DNA of 64,000 bases from positions 62,001-126,000 of the forward strand of contig JAVKOQ020000047.1 in assembly GCA_031835245.2 (NCBI GenBank), given 5' to 3'. How positions within the stretch are numbered: position 1 is the stretch's first letter; each line of letters begins with the position of its first letter. A program made the position numbers and the translations under genes. Origin of the DNA: Balamuthia mandrillaris (Eukaryota). Shown one piece after another: positions 36,257 to 47,989 of this stretch. The notes below the pieces were generated by a model that did no database searches, was not told where the DNA came from, and saw only the letters and a program-made list of their open reading frames with translations.

Positions 36257-37074
36257 CACAGAGGACCTGTGAGAAACCAAGCAAGAATATTCGATTAAAG
36301 GGCCAACCGTATTTGTTGTGAAGAACTCGCAGCACCAGCGTTAACTCACAAATGCTATCCAGCAGCCCATTCCACCGCCTACGGTTAGCATCTTGCATTG
36401 GTTTTATCGCTTTTTTTTGTGTGTTTGGTGGTCGTTTTTGAACGTGAGCGAGTTTGAGTTGAGTGTGTCTTCACGAGAAAAAGTTAAAAACAAACAACCC
36501 AGGGGGGATACATACGCGTGCCATCATCCTCGAAGTAGGGGTACCAGGCATGGCCACAGTCAAGCGGGAGGGCCAGTGGGGCCGTGAGTGCCAGTGCACA
36601 AGTCTGCGGGAGGCTCATCGCTTCCGCCAGGCGAGCGAACTTGGTGTGGTCGTCCCCAAGGCCATGGAAGAGCAGCAACAGGTTTTCGTTTTGGCCGTCC
36701 TTGCTTGGCACCCACTGAAACTGTGGAAACACGTTGGGAAAGTCCTCTTTTCGTGGCGCCTGCTTTCTCTTTTCTCGCCAGTAGTCCGCTGTGCAAAGCT
36801 GCGGCGGCACTGCATGCGCGTGCGCAGCTGCGGCTGGAGATGATGATGATGATTGGGTGTGGTCGATGACGTTTTTGGGATGGGGCGGCGCCGCTGGCGA
36901 GTCTGGCGGTTTGCACGAGGCTCTGTGCGCTGGCCACGCTTTCTTTTGGCACGCTTGGCCGCAGTACCAGGCCTGCTTGCACCTGCCGCAGCGCAGCAGG
37001 CCCTGCCCAGGCGGGCTGGCGCAGCAGAAGGAACAGCTGGCGGTGGTGCGCCCAGCTGCTGCCGCTTGCTCCAT
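35659..37074 (-). CDS. MYND zinc finger + phospholipase/carboxylesterase (alpha/beta hydrolase), multi-exon
   Basis: CSFC...LLRCGRCKQAWYCGQACQKKAWPAHRASC (MYND); LLLFHGLGD, IFLLGFSQ|GA (GxSxG), THGKDDE, GKGHQM. Confidence 0.85.
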
Positions 37075-37295
37075 CGCTGAATAATTTTGAAATAAAATAT
37101 TCAAAAAATTAATAAATGATAATTATTTTTTGAAGTAAAATAATCAAAAAATCATTCCATCTATTAAATTTTTCCTGGAAACCGAATTATTATCCATAAT
37201 TTCAGGAATTTATCTAAATCGCAGCAAAAGATAAGAAGCTGGCCAGATCTTCTGTAACTTTCACTCCTCCAAGGAACCTCGGAACCATCCACACC

Positions 37296-39095
37296 ATGTG
37301 CGAGTACGTGAAGGAGTTTGCTGGCACGGAGGACAAGGAGTACGATGCCGCGGTGACAGCTTTGATAGACCACGTCAAACGGGACAGCGGCGAGTTTCAA
37401 CCCTCTGAGCTGTATTCTCGGCTGGAGGACCGCAAGTTCGTGGACCAAAGCCAACGTCGCTCCCTCTTCAAGACCCTCGCCGACTCGGAGACCTTTCGCC
37501 TCTCTCAGCTCGTGGTGGACCGGCTGAACGCCGCCGACGAGCAGTTTTTCTACTTTCTGGTCAAGAACAACGTTACCCACATAAAGTATGGCCAAGGCGA
37601 CTTCTTCTCAGCGCATGAGGACTACTTGAGCCTGACCACCAACATGCTGGAGGAGTACACGCTCTTGCTCTGTGCGGACGCCGACTGCGAGGGCGGAGAG
37701 ACCATCTTCCACTTGAACAAGTTCTTCAAGCACGCCTCACGTGCCTCCGTGACTCCCAAGCAAGCAGTTCTCTTCCGCAAGGACATAACCCATGAGGGAG
37801 CCCCTATCACTCGCGGTTACAAAGAGATACTAACGTTCAACCTTTGGGCCACACGAAAGGATTTTGGCGGCATCGTCGCCGTCACTTTCGAGGACCACGA
37901 GGGCGTCTATGTCATGCCGAAAGCCAACGTCATGAACCTGCCGAACAACAGCCTGGCTGGTCACATTCGGTTCAACGGGTTGGAGGAGCGGGTCATTGTC
38001 AACATCCACTTTGGTAGCGGGGAGGCCTCCGCCTCTTCTTCTTCTTCTTCTTCTTGCCCTTCGCCACTCACCTTTGAGAGCTTCGAGATTGTTTACAGGG
38101 TCATCATGCGGATGTATATAGATATAGAGAAACTGGACTTGCAGTTGTTGGACTACTTCAACATCGAAGCAAAGAACGTGTTGTTGGACGTCAGCCCATC
38201 GCCTTCTGCGTTGGATGAGGATGCAGCAAAGCGGTGGTCTCCGTTGTATAACGCCAAAGCCACCAAATCGGCTTTGCTCTCCCTGCAGGAGGACATCCTG
38301 CTGACTCCGTCTCCCGAGGTCATGGAGTACATATGCCACACCTGCGTGGCACCCAACCACCTGCCCTACCTCCCATTCCTCACCGTTTGGATTGAGGGCT
38401 TCTACAGCTATGGTGGAGAAATGACTGGCACGCCTGCCCTCAAGTTCTCCATGGAGCCCGTCTTTGCTGCTTTCAGCCAGGCTAACAACCTGTGGAAGTT
38501 CGTTCCGTTGGTGACCAGGGGCACGCCCTTCTTCGATTCAACAGACAAACCCTTTTGGAGTGTTTTCACGAACCACGGGAAGGAGCAAGTCCGCCAACAG
38601 TTGACACAGCCTAGACCAGTTCGATTGGTGGAGCATTATTCAAACACGGGTACCAAAGAGGACGGCGCCCTGGTTTTGGAGAGTGATGATGGGTGGCACT
38701 CGGAAGGACCTCGCGTTCACTACGGTTTGGAGGTGGCTTGCCCTGAGCTGACCACCAAGACTATCCTTGACCTCCTCCTGCGGCCCCCAACTGATCAACG
38801 AGCGTTGGAAGGCGTGCTTATGGGTGGGCTCTTTCCAGGCACCTCCTTCGAAGGCCCGCACTACAACCTGGACTGCGAGGGCAAGTCCTACCTCACCGAC
38901 AAACACTTTGAGGCGGTAATCAACCACATCTCCGATGCTCAGTTCTTTGAGAAGCTTAAACAGAAGCTGGCCAAGAACGAAGTCTCCCTCAACTTTCCGC
39001 AACTGGGCCACTCTTTCGAACACAACTTTTGCAACGAGGATGTCTACGGACAGCTCTCGCTCTCCCTCATCTCTGGATTCGTTCGGATGGCCTAA
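37296..39095 (+). CDS. 2OG-Fe(II) oxygenase domain protein with possible BTB-like middle region (intronless)
   Basis: IKYGQGDFFSAHED (HxD), YTLLL, CEGGETIF, FRKDITHEG (distal His), GYKEIL. Confidence 0.75.
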   Translation: MCEYVKEFAGTEDKEYDAAVTALIDHVKRDSGEFQPSELYSRLEDRKFVDQSQRRSLFKTLADSETFRLSQLVVDRLNAADEQFFYFLVKNNVTHIKYGQGDFFSAHEDYLSLTTNMLEEYTLLLCADADCEGGETIFHLNKFFKHASRASVTPKQAVLFRKDITHEGAPITRGYKEILTFNLWATRKDFGGIVAVTFEDHEGVYVMPKANVMNLPNNSLAGHIRFNGLEERVIVNIHFGSGEASASSSSSSSCPSPLTFESFEIVYRVIMRMYIDIEKLDLQLLDYFNIEAKNVLLDVSPSPSALDEDAAKRWSPLYNAKATKSALLSLQEDILLTPSPEVMEYICHTCVAPNHLPYLPFLTVWIEGFYSYGGEMTGTPALKFSMEPVFAAFSQANNLWKFVPLVTRGTPFFDSTDKPFWSVFTNHGKEQVRQQLTQPRPVRLVEHYSNTGTKEDGALVLESDDGWHSEGPRVHYGLEVACPELTTKTILDLLLRPPTDQRALEGVLMGGLFPGTSFEGPHYNLDCEGKSYLTDKHFEAVINHISDAQFFEKLKQKLAKNEVSLNFPQLGHSFEHNFCNEDVYGQLSLSLISGFVRMA

Positions 39096-39226
39096 CGGAG
39101 TGTAAACAGTGATGTTGTTTTAGTTTTTTAATGAATTCATGTCGACGATAAGGTTAAATTTCAATGAAATCTCGCTTTAAAGGAGGAATTAACCTTTCTT
39201 CGTTTTCGGAGTTTTTGAAAAATCTA

Positions 39227-39318
39227 CGTGGGCCAATGGGGTGCAGCGACGTTGAAATACAGGATTGGTACACGTCTGCCCGGAGTTAACCTGCTTTTTT
39301 TTTGTTAATTATATATAG
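39227..39318. promoter_or_regulatory. ERSE-II-like unfolded-protein-response elements and TATA box upstream of BiP
   Basis: 39227-39237 reverse complement = ATTGGCCCACG (exact ATTGGNCCACG); 39264-39276 ATTGGTACACGTC (1 mismatch); TATATATA at ~39310-39318. Confidence 0.6.
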
Positions 39319-39510
39319 GTGACATCACAAACGGAAAAAAAAAAGGACAAGGAAGAAAGTGAACAGGAAAGAAAGAAAGGACGAGTCTAGCGGCGGCCTT
39401 TACCTCTCCCTTTTTCTCTGCACTTTTTTTTTTTATTTTTCGTTATTTATTTATTTTTCACCACACCACACCACACAACACAACACTTTTTTTCACAACA
39501 ACACAACAAC

Positions 39511-41517
39511 ATGAAGAGCCACTACGCGAAAGTAGCGGTCTTGGTACTGTTTTTGGGAGCGTTGGCGGTCTTCGCTCAGGAGACGGAAGAGGGGGAAGAA
39601 CAGAAGGCCAGCGGAACCGTCATCGGTATTGACTTGGGTACCACCTACTCTTGTGTGGGTGTTTGGAAGAACGGACGAGTGGAAATTATTCCCAACGACC
39701 AAGGTAACCGTATCACGCCCTCCTACGTGGCGTTCACCGAGAATGGCGACCGTCTTGTCGGAGAGGCTGCCAAGAACCAGGCCACCCTCAACCCCGAGAA
39801 CACCATCTTTGACGTCAAGCGTCTGATCGGAAGGAACTTTGATGATGCCTCTGTGCAGTCCGACATGAAGCTTCTCCCCTACAAGATTGTGAACAAGGGC
39901 GGCAAGCCTCACGTCTCCATTACCGTCAAGGGTGAGACCAAGGTCATGCCCCCTGAGGAGGTGTCTGCCATGATCCTCGCCAAGATGAAGGACGTTGCTG
40001 AGGCTTACCTCGGCAAGAAGGTGGCCGGTGCCGTAGTCACTGTCCCCGCCTATTTCAACGACGCTCAACGTCAGGCCACCAAGGACGCCGGCGCCATTGC
40101 TGGCTTGAAAGTGGAGCGTATCATCAACGAGCCTACCGCCGCTGCCATCGCCTATGGCCTCAACGAGGACAAGAACAAGGAGAAGACCATCCTTGTGTTC
40201 GACTTGGGAGGTGGTACCTTTGACGTCTCCCTCTTGAGCATTGACGGAGGAGTGTTCGAGGTCATTGCTACCAACGGAGACACCCACTTGGGAGGAGAGG
40301 ACTTTGATCAGAGGGTCATGGCCCACCTGCTCAAGCAGTTCAAGAAGAAGACAGGTCTGGACGCTGGCGGCGACAAGAGAGCCCTTCAGAAGCTCAGGCA
40401 GGAGGCCGAGAGAGCCAAGAGGACCCTCTCTACCGCCACCTCTGTCAACATTGAGATCGAGCCCTTCTTTGGCGGTGAGCCCCTTCAGGAGACCCTCACT
40501 CGCGCCCGTTTCGAGGACCTCAACTTGGACTTGTTCAAGAAGACGCTGAAGCCAGTGCAACAGGTCTTGGAGGACTCTGGACTTCAGAAGCACGAGATTG
40601 ATGAGGTGGTACTTGTGGGTGGTTCCACTCGTATTCCTAAGGTTCAACAGCTCCTCAAGGACTTCTTCAACGGCAAGGAGCCCAGCCGCGGAGTTAACCC
40701 CGATGAGGCTGTCGCCTATGGCGCTGCCGTGCAAGGAGGCATCCTCAGCGGCGAGGAGGACACTGAAGCAATCGTTGTGTTGGACGTGACCCCTCTTAGC
40801 GTTGGTATTGAGACCGTTGGCGGAGTGATGACCACCCTCGTGGAGCGTGGAACCCTCATCCCCACCAAGAAGAGCCAGACCTTCTCCACCTTCCAGGATA
40901 ACCAGGACCGTGTCCTCATCCAAGTTTTCGAGGGTGAGCGTGCCATGACCAAAGACAACCACTTGTTGGGCAAGTTTGAGTTGGCTGGAATCCCTCCTGC
41001 TCCTCGTGGTGTGCCCCAGATCGAGGTCACTTTTGAGATTGACGTCAACTCTATCCTCCATGTGTCTGCCGTGGAGAAGGCCTCTGGCAAGGTTGAGTCC
41101 ATCACCATCACCGCCGAGCAGGGCCGTCTCTCTGAGGAGGAGATCCAACGGCTAATCCGCGAGGCTGAGGAGGCCCGCGACGAGGACAAGAGGCTTAAGG
41201 ACACCGTCACCGCCCGTAACAACTTGGAGAGCTACGTCTACCAAGTGCGCAACACCATCAACGACGAGGAGAAGCTCGCCGGCAAGTTGGACGCCGACGA
41301 CTTGGAGACCATCCAGACCGCCGTGAGCGAAGCCATCGAGTGGTTGGATGATCACCTCCACGCCGACAAGGAGGACTACGAGGAGAAGCAGAAGGAAGTG
41401 GAGAATGTGATCAACCCCATCTTCACCAAGCTCTACCAAGGAGCTGGTGGTGCTGGTGGTTTCCCTGGAGGCCCTGGCGGCTTTGCTGAGGATATGCCCA
41501 GCCATGACGAACTGTAA
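39511..41517 (+). CDS. HSPA5: ER Hsp70 chaperone BiP/GRP78 (intronless)
   Basis: Signal peptide, [37 protein letters not shown]-terminal HDEL. Confidence 0.98.
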   Translation: MKSHYAKVAVLVLFLGALAVFAQETEEGEEQKASGTVIGIDLGTTYSCVGVWKNGRVEIIPNDQGNRITPSYVAFTENGDRLVGEAAKNQATLNPENTIFDVKRLIGRNFDDASVQSDMKLLPYKIVNKGGKPHVSITVKGETKVMPPEEVSAMILAKMKDVAEAYLGKKVAGAVVTVPAYFNDAQRQATKDAGAIAGLKVERIINEPTAAAIAYGLNEDKNKEKTILVFDLGGGTFDVSLLSIDGGVFEVIATNGDTHLGGEDFDQRVMAHLLKQFKKKTGLDAGGDKRALQKLRQEAERAKRTLSTATSVNIEIEPFFGGEPLQETLTRARFEDLNLDLFKKTLKPVQQVLEDSGLQKHEIDEVVLVGGSTRIPKVQQLLKDFFNGKEPSRGVNPDEAVAYGAAVQGGILSGEEDTEAIVVLDVTPLSVGIETVGGVMTTLVERGTLIPTKKSQTFSTFQDNQDRVLIQVFEGERAMTKDNHLLGKFELAGIPPAPRGVPQIEVTFEIDVNSILHVSAVEKASGKVESITITAEQGRLSEEEIQRLIREAEEARDEDKRLKDTVTARNNLESYVYQVRNTINDEEKLAGKLDADDLETIQTAVSEAIEWLDDHLHADKEDYEEKQKEVENVINPIFTKLYQGAGGAGGFPGGPGGFAEDMPSHDEL

Positions 41518-42390
41518 ATTGTTTTTTTTTTCGACCCTTAAACTTCTTTCCTGTCTGCCTCTTCTTTCTTTTTTGTTCCCCGGTTCTGTTTTGTTTTTTT
41601 AATTTATTGTGAAGAAAGATAAAGGACGCTTTGACTTAAGAAAGCCTCTCATCTCCCATCTCTTTTCTGAGTCTCGCTGCTGAGGTTTTGTTAACTGACA
41701 ACACCGATGGTTGCTGATGGTAGTAGTGCTCCGTAGGCTGCACTCCTCGATTATACGTACTGCATCACCTATTGTTTGTAACACGGAAAGGAAACTGATA
41801 GTTTGCAGCATGCCCTTGACAATGGCGCCCATTGCCATATGAGAAAACGGCGGGCCGAGGAACATGAAAAGCTGCCCAACGAACGGCGTGTGTTTGTTTT
41901 AATCCCAACATGTTTTTCTGTTCTGGCCTCTCACACTACCCCACATTTTTGAGATGCTCCCAAGCAGCAGTGGCGAAAAGGTGCTACCACTTACAATTCA
42001 TGTCGTCATGATATGAAAATGAATTCGAGACGACATGAAAAAACTAGATGTTGCAGGTCAACTGCCGCAGCGGAGAAAAAAAGGGGAAAAGCGGCGGAAA
42101 AAAAGCAACCAGAAAAGAAAAGAAAGAGAAGAGACCCGTCGGCGGAGAGCGGCAATAGATTGCCAAAAAGCAGAACCACGGCGAAGGGGGTGAGCTTGAT
42201 GCTGGCACAGGAGCCACTATTTCATCTTTTGGAGAAGGGAGGAGTCGCTGAAATCATAGGAAGGACCAGCTCTCTGTAGTTATAGGCAATATTCATACGT
42301 ACACACACACACATTTCATAGCTAGTGCGGTAACCCACTTGGTATTCGATTTCAGTGCGTCTGCTCTGTGGCAGAAAACGAAAATAAAGA

Positions 42391-43212
42391 ATGAGCCAAG
42401 GCCAAGGTCAAGGAAGAAAGAAGTTTCTCACCTCCGGTGCTCAGCTGTTCCAACCATGGACCACCCGTAACGGCATGACCGTCAAGCTGCGCTTCATGAA
42501 GGAGCTGGACATTGACGACATCATGATCATCCAAAGCGAGCGCTACCGAGTGGAGTACAGGGAGAGCAAGCAGGAGCTACGCGAGATGCTCGCCTTCTCC
42601 CCCAACTCCTGCTTCACCGTGGTCCAGATCCTGCCGCCCGCCACGCGAGGCAGCCGCCCTCAACGCACCCGCGCACGTCTGGCCCATCAACAAGAGCGCG
42701 TGCTGGGCTACACCGTGCTCTTTCCCTGGCGGCGTGACCTGGGCTTCCCTTGCAGCGAGGACGGCCTCGTGGCCTCCCTGGAGCAGAACGCGGAGGACGA
42801 GGACCAAGCGGAGGACAACAACGCGCTGAGGGCCTCCATCAGGGAGGCAAACAACAACAGACGGCGGGCCATGGCCACGGCCGAGGACCCCCTCCGCTTC
42901 TCCGACTGCGACATTATGTTCCTCTACGACATGTGCTTGAGCCGCATTTGCAGGCGCACCGGCATAGGCCGTCGTCTGCACGCCCTTCACGTCTACGTTA
43001 CCAGGGCCTTTGGTTTTCGGGAGATCCTTGCCATCGCCGTGCAGGGCTCCTTCGAGATGCGGCACCGACACCTGGGCTGGCAGCTGCTCTCGGACGTGGC
43101 GCCCAAGGGCTACGGCACGGAGGCCCGCCCCATGATATACCGCCTTAGCGACGAGGAGTTTCGTCCTGCCGTCAACCAACCCTACTATGAACGACAAAGG
43201 GCTGCTCTTTGA
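42391..43212 (+). CDS. GNAT-family N-acetyltransferase (intronless)
   Basis: LRFMKELDIDDIMIIQ; FLYDMCLSRICRRTGIGRRL (acetyl-CoA motif A, RxxGxG); AIAVQGS...LGW. Confidence 0.75.
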   Translation: MSQGQGQGRKKFLTSGAQLFQPWTTRNGMTVKLRFMKELDIDDIMIIQSERYRVEYRESKQELREMLAFSPNSCFTVVQILPPATRGSRPQRTRARLAHQQERVLGYTVLFPWRRDLGFPCSEDGLVASLEQNAEDEDQAEDNNALRASIREANNNRRRAMATAEDPLRFSDCDIMFLYDMCLSRICRRTGIGRRLHALHVYVTRAFGFREILAIAVQGSFEMRHRHLGWQLLSDVAPKGYGTEARPMIYRLSDEEFRPAVNQPYYERQRAAL

Positions 43213-43394
43213 TCAGACTTGCTTTTTTTTTCTTCCTTCGCATTTTCTCTTCTCATTTTCTTCTTCTTGTTCTTCCTCTGTGCTCTTTCACTTTCTCTTC
43301 TCTGTTGATATGCCTGTGATTGTGCGAATAATGTTTTTGTTTTTTGTACTTGGGTCTTTGTTTGTTGTCTCGCGTTTACATACAGCAGCAATGG

Positions 43395-45193
43395 TTATGG
43401 ACCAGAGTGTACGTCGTTATCCTCAAAGGGCTCCTCTGGTGTTCGTCTCTTTCGGGACGATGACACCGCAGAGGCATTGTTTGTTTGCTCCGCAGGAACG
43501 TCCCCTTCTTGTTGTTGTTCTTCCTCTTGTTGGCTGTAGGAGTCGCTAGCTTGGTGTGCAGTGATGGTATCCTCCGTTCTAACAGAACGAATGCCATCCG
43601 TGACGACCACAAACGGCACGGTCTTGGCCTGCATGGATGGACATTTGAGGAGATGAGCATGTCGATGGCCGTCCTGCCAGTACAGGATAATACGGTTGGT
43701 GCAACTGTGGCCCCAACTCTCGCCCAAGGCTGGCACCAGCTGTCCTTTGTTGCCAGTAAGAGTGGAGGCTGTTATCTTGGTTGTGACTTGATTGATCAGC
43801 ACCACCTTTGTTTGTTTTTTTAAAAATGTAGTTGTTAGTTGCATGATGGTAGTGGTGAAAGGCGACAAACGCACCGCCACTTTGTATTGTTCGGCAATGG
43901 CGGTCAGGCTTTGAGCCATGTTGTTCAACAAACGGGTTCGGAGGAGGTAGTCCTCAAAGTCGTGCCGAAAGTGGAACGCCACACTGTCTAGTACTATTAG
44001 CTTTACCTGTTGGAGAGTGCAAAAAGTTGGAATAAGGAGAAATCGAGAACAGGAGAGAGAGGTGAGCTACTTCAGGATGCGCATCAAGGAATGCTGGTAG
44101 AACGTTGCACAGGGCTAGTTGTTCGATGTAGTCATGGACTCTGTACAAATGAACATTGGAAAGGATTCTTTGCATGCTTAGCGCCTCTAAAGCCTGTTTT
44201 CGCTCTGCGTTCTCTTCCGCCAACGTCCCAAGCCAGCGCAACATGGCATCAGCCATCTGAACCAAACGCTCTATCACAAAACTGCCCTCCGTATCTGGTG
44301 GTACAAAGCAAGAGTCAACATGACATTATCTCACAGGACATAACTGAAGAACAGGAAAATGAAAGATAAAAAACCAATATAAACACAAGCGCCTCCAGGC
44401 CCGCCAAACTCTTTTGGTATCTGAACAGAGGCAGCCAATTGCATTCTTTAACAAAAATGATATGGTAACAGAGAGTGAGTTAAAGAAATGGAGTCACGAC
44501 ATCCCTCGTGGTTAGCGAAGGCTGCAACTAACCCCATTTGAGTCTTGCCTATGCCTGGTACACCGCCTTTTTATACAGTTCATAGGAAAGGCAACTAACA
44601 TTATTATGCTTGGATGAAAGCTGCAACGAAACAAAGAGAAAGGAAGAAAGGAAGAAACGACAAGAAAGAACCACATACAAAACTCTGTGAGTTGGGAAGT
44701 AGGGACGCCCTGCCCTAACATCAAGTCAATGTCCTCACAAAGGGTGAATATGGACTGCCGCTCAGCCTCATTGAGTAGCTCCAACGCCGTCTTGCCTTGA
44801 CAACGCGAGGAGGAGAGCGACGAGGTAGAGCAAGCGGAACTTGGGGTAGACGTCGAGGCAGAAGAAGAAGATGCTGGTGATCCCGCCACACCTGCCGAGT
44901 AGTCCTTTATCGTACGCAGAATGCTCAGTGCGTCCTCATTGCTTACTTTCAACTCTAAGAAACAAACAAAATAAAAACAGATCAGAGAATAAAACAAAAT
45001 CAAAAGTAGCAACCAAAACAATCGAACCGGTGGCCAGGTCCAAAGGTCTGAGGCCATCAAAGTCGCTGACGGTGGTGAAACCCGCGGCAACGATCTTGTT
45101 CTTCAACGAAGGTGGAAAAGGGAAAGTGGTGATATCCCGTCCGCCAGGAGTCAACATAAACGCGGCGCTACCCTTGCTTTCTTTCTTCTTCAT
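43395..45193 (-). CDS. RAD51C: RAD51 paralog C, multi-exon
   Basis: IFTLCEDIDLMLGQGVP...TEFC|GVPGIGKTQ (Walker A), VYIDTEGSF, LDSVAFHFRHDFED, LVPALGESWGHSCTNRIILYW. Confidence 0.9.
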
Positions 45194-45537
45194 TTTGGTT
45201 GAACTTCTTCCCGAGTTTTTTTAATTTCTAGGAAAAATTTGGGTGTTTATATTTCCATCAGACAAAAACTGTAATGTAGCGATTGGGAATCGAACCCAAG
45301 GACTTTAATAGATCGCAGATCGCAATTCATCCAAAAGATCGAATGAAAAAATTGCAACGAACGCGAAGAAGAAGGAAAAATAGCAGAACCAAAGTATTAA
45401 ACTCAAAAAAAGTAGTGGAAAGAAGAGGAAAAAAAAAAAACGTAACCCCTTGCTTTGCCCCTGCTACCTTTTTTTTTTAATACTTTTGAAACAACAAAGA
45501 AAACCACACCACAGCAAAACAACACAAACAAACAGAG

Positions 45538-46467
45538 ATGGAGGGGAGTACTGCTCAGCCTGAACAACAACAACCACAGGAGGAACAGCAGCTGACGGAG
45601 GAGCAGCTGGCCTACCAGCAGAGGTTCGACAAAGCGGTGGACAACCTGTTTGCCTTGGAGAAGGCGGAGGACTGGCAGTTCCTCAAGGAAAACAGAGGCG
45701 TCAAGATCAGCAAAAAAGTCGTCCCTGGGAGCCCTGTACGTTTGTTTTCGTTCCCCTTCAAGCCCTGCATTTTTTTTTGGCTAACGAATTCGTTGTTTAT
45801 TTTTGTTTTTTTGGGAAAGGCTTCTCTGATGAGAGGCGAGAAGCTCATGGACTGTAGTGTGGAGGAGTTGAAGGCCATTCTCAGGGCTGTGGAAAGGCGG
45901 AAAGAATGGGATCCTCTCACTGCATCCTGCAAGAAGGTCAAGCAAGTCACTGACCTCTCTGCTATTGCCTACATTCAGTTTGTCACCAGTTGGCCTGGTT
46001 TGGCTTCTCCCCTCTTTTTCCTTTTCCTCGTTCTCTTCCTCTCGTCTTCTCTCTTCTCTCTCTCCCTCCCTCTCTCTCTCTCTCTCTCACTCTCTCGATG
46101 TAACGCTTTCTTATCTCGTCTTTCTCTCATTTCGAACATAGTATCCGTCCGTGATCTTTGCTACTATGCTTCATTCCGTACTTTGGAGGACGGAACCTTG
46201 GTCTTTGCCGCCTTCTCCGTGGAGGACAAGGCCTGCCCTCCCGTCTCCAGCAACGTGCGCGCTGACCTCTTGGCCAGCGGCTTCATCATCCGCCCATTGC
46301 AGGACCAAGAGGGCAAGTGTCATGTGACCTATCTCATCCAAGTGGATCTCAAAGGCTGGTTGCCGGGGTGGATCACCAACCTAGTCGGCGAGGAGGCCCC
46401 CTTGGTCTTGGACCGAATCCAACTGACCATCGACCGTGATAGAGCTGGCATTCAAGTCTCCCAATAA
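45538..46467 (+). CDS. START lipid-transfer domain protein, 2 introns
   Basis: WQFLKENRGVKI, RRKEWDP, WP..VRDLC, VRADLLASGFIIRP, VTYLIQVDLKGWLPGWITN. Confidence 0.88.
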   Translation: MEGSTAQPEQQQPQEEQQLTEEQLAYQQRFDKAVDNLFALEKAEDWQFLKENRGVKISKKVVPGSPVRLFSFPFKPCIFFWLTNSLFIFVFLGKASLMRGEKLMDCSVEELKAILRAVERRKEWDPLTASCKKVKQVTDLSAIAYIQFVTSWPGLASPLFFLFLVLFLSSSLFSLSLPLSLSLSLSRCNAFLSRLSLISNIVSVRDLCYYASFRTLEDGTLVFAAFSVEDKACPPVSSNVRADLLASGFIIRPLQDQEGKCHVTYLIQVDLKGWLPGWITNLVGEEAPLVLDRIQLTIDRDRAGIQVSQ

Positions 46468-46475
46468 GCGACCTC

Positions 46476-46509
<34 letters not shown>

Positions 46510-46668
46510 TTCATTTGACCATAACCTTACCTAGAGCAAAGTTTTATTTATTTATTCAAGTCCTCTCTCTCTCTCTCTCTCTCTCTCGCTCTCTCTTCTC
46601 CCACCTCTTTTGTTGTTAACTTTTATACAGGAAACAAAGTGAAAGACAAAGCGAAGGGTGGATTTCTT

Positions 46669-47989
46669 TTACAACAAGCCCAACCGCCGGATGGCTTTAA
46701 ACTGATCAGGTATCTCCATCAACGCTTCGATGGCGAACGACGCATCAGCATGCTTCAACGGTGCATGCTTATTCCACTCCACAAACTGAAACTGAAAAAG
46801 ATAGCAGAGCGAACGTGAGTATCATGTTTAAAACTAAACTAAATGAGATGAGAGGTAAACATACGTTATCGAAACGACGCGCAGGTAGTCCGTCATCCTT
46901 TTGGTTTTTGCCAAGCGTTAGCTCTTCGCGGAACAGAGGAAAAAAAACCGATACGTACAAACTCTTTCATGGTGTACCAAGGGCCATCGCCAACACCCAC
47001 AACGATGATGGACAGGGGATGGTTGGTGGCTTCCACGATGGCATCCACAGTCTCTTTCTCTCTGGTGATCTCGCCATCGGCGATGATGACCAGAATGTGA
47101 TAGCTTTTGTCCGCTTCCACAATCCGTATTGCTTCTTGAATCTGTGCAGAAGATTAGGAAGCAGAAAGAAGGATGGAGAAAGAAAGAAAGAAAGAAGAGG
47201 AGGAAGAAGAAGAGGAAGAAGAAGAGGAGGAATGAGAAATAACAAGCAGAGATGCTCATGAGGAAGAGGAGCGACGAACGATTGGAGCAAAGGAAGTGGG
47301 GCCACTGAGCAACACTCTGGGGGTGATTTCCTTGTACCGTGCCAAGGCTTCTTGGAAGCCACGGCAAGGACGCCCATCCGCAAAGAAACGAAACACGCCT
47401 TTATCCTTTGTCGTTACGTCTCCTATTCTGTTGGTTAACAAAAAGTGAAAAAAAAAAACACAAAGAAGACGAACCGAAGCCAAAGCAAGGAATAAGTCGG
47501 TCCTCATCAAAAGCTTCCAGAGTGCGACCTAGAATAGAGATGCAGCGCTCGTATGGGTTTGGCTCGGCCCCTGTCGTGTCATGCAGACTTCTCCCGTAAA
47601 AACTGTGTTTTCCATTCCACTCGTTGGACTTGGTGTAGTCGATCCCTATCATCGAGCAAGAGATCAAGAGAGAGAGAAAGAGAGAGAAAGAGATGAGAAT
47701 AAGTTTTGTTTTGCGGAGAATAAAGATAAAAAGAGTACCCAAGATCAAGTTGGAGCTCTCCAACCCGGAGGCTTTTAGAGCTTCTTGCACCTCCTCGATG
47801 GACTCGTACTTATCCTCTACGGAACCCATGACACTGTGAGTGAATTATTGTTTTCCACTGTCAAGAGAGGGAAGGAACCAAACCGATCGCATTGAAAGAG
47901 GTCCTCTTTGTGCGTGTCCTGGCCTGTGCCAACAACAAAACAAGCAGGAGAGCAAATGCTGCCAACATCAACAGCCCGGTCACCACCAT
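46669..47989 (-). CDS. Copine-type VWA protein (RGLG-like) with N-terminal hydrophobic anchor, multi-exon
   Basis: [96 protein letters not shown]. Confidence 0.9.

Noticed and set aside
39493..41148. 551-aa antisense ORF over BiP
   Set aside because: Well-known shadow ORF opposite Hsp70 genes, caused by codon bias; the sense strand is the real gene.
41600..42390. Intergenic stretch that might hold snoRNAs or a small gene
   Set aside because: No clear C/D or H/ACA box pairs and no credible ORF by eye.
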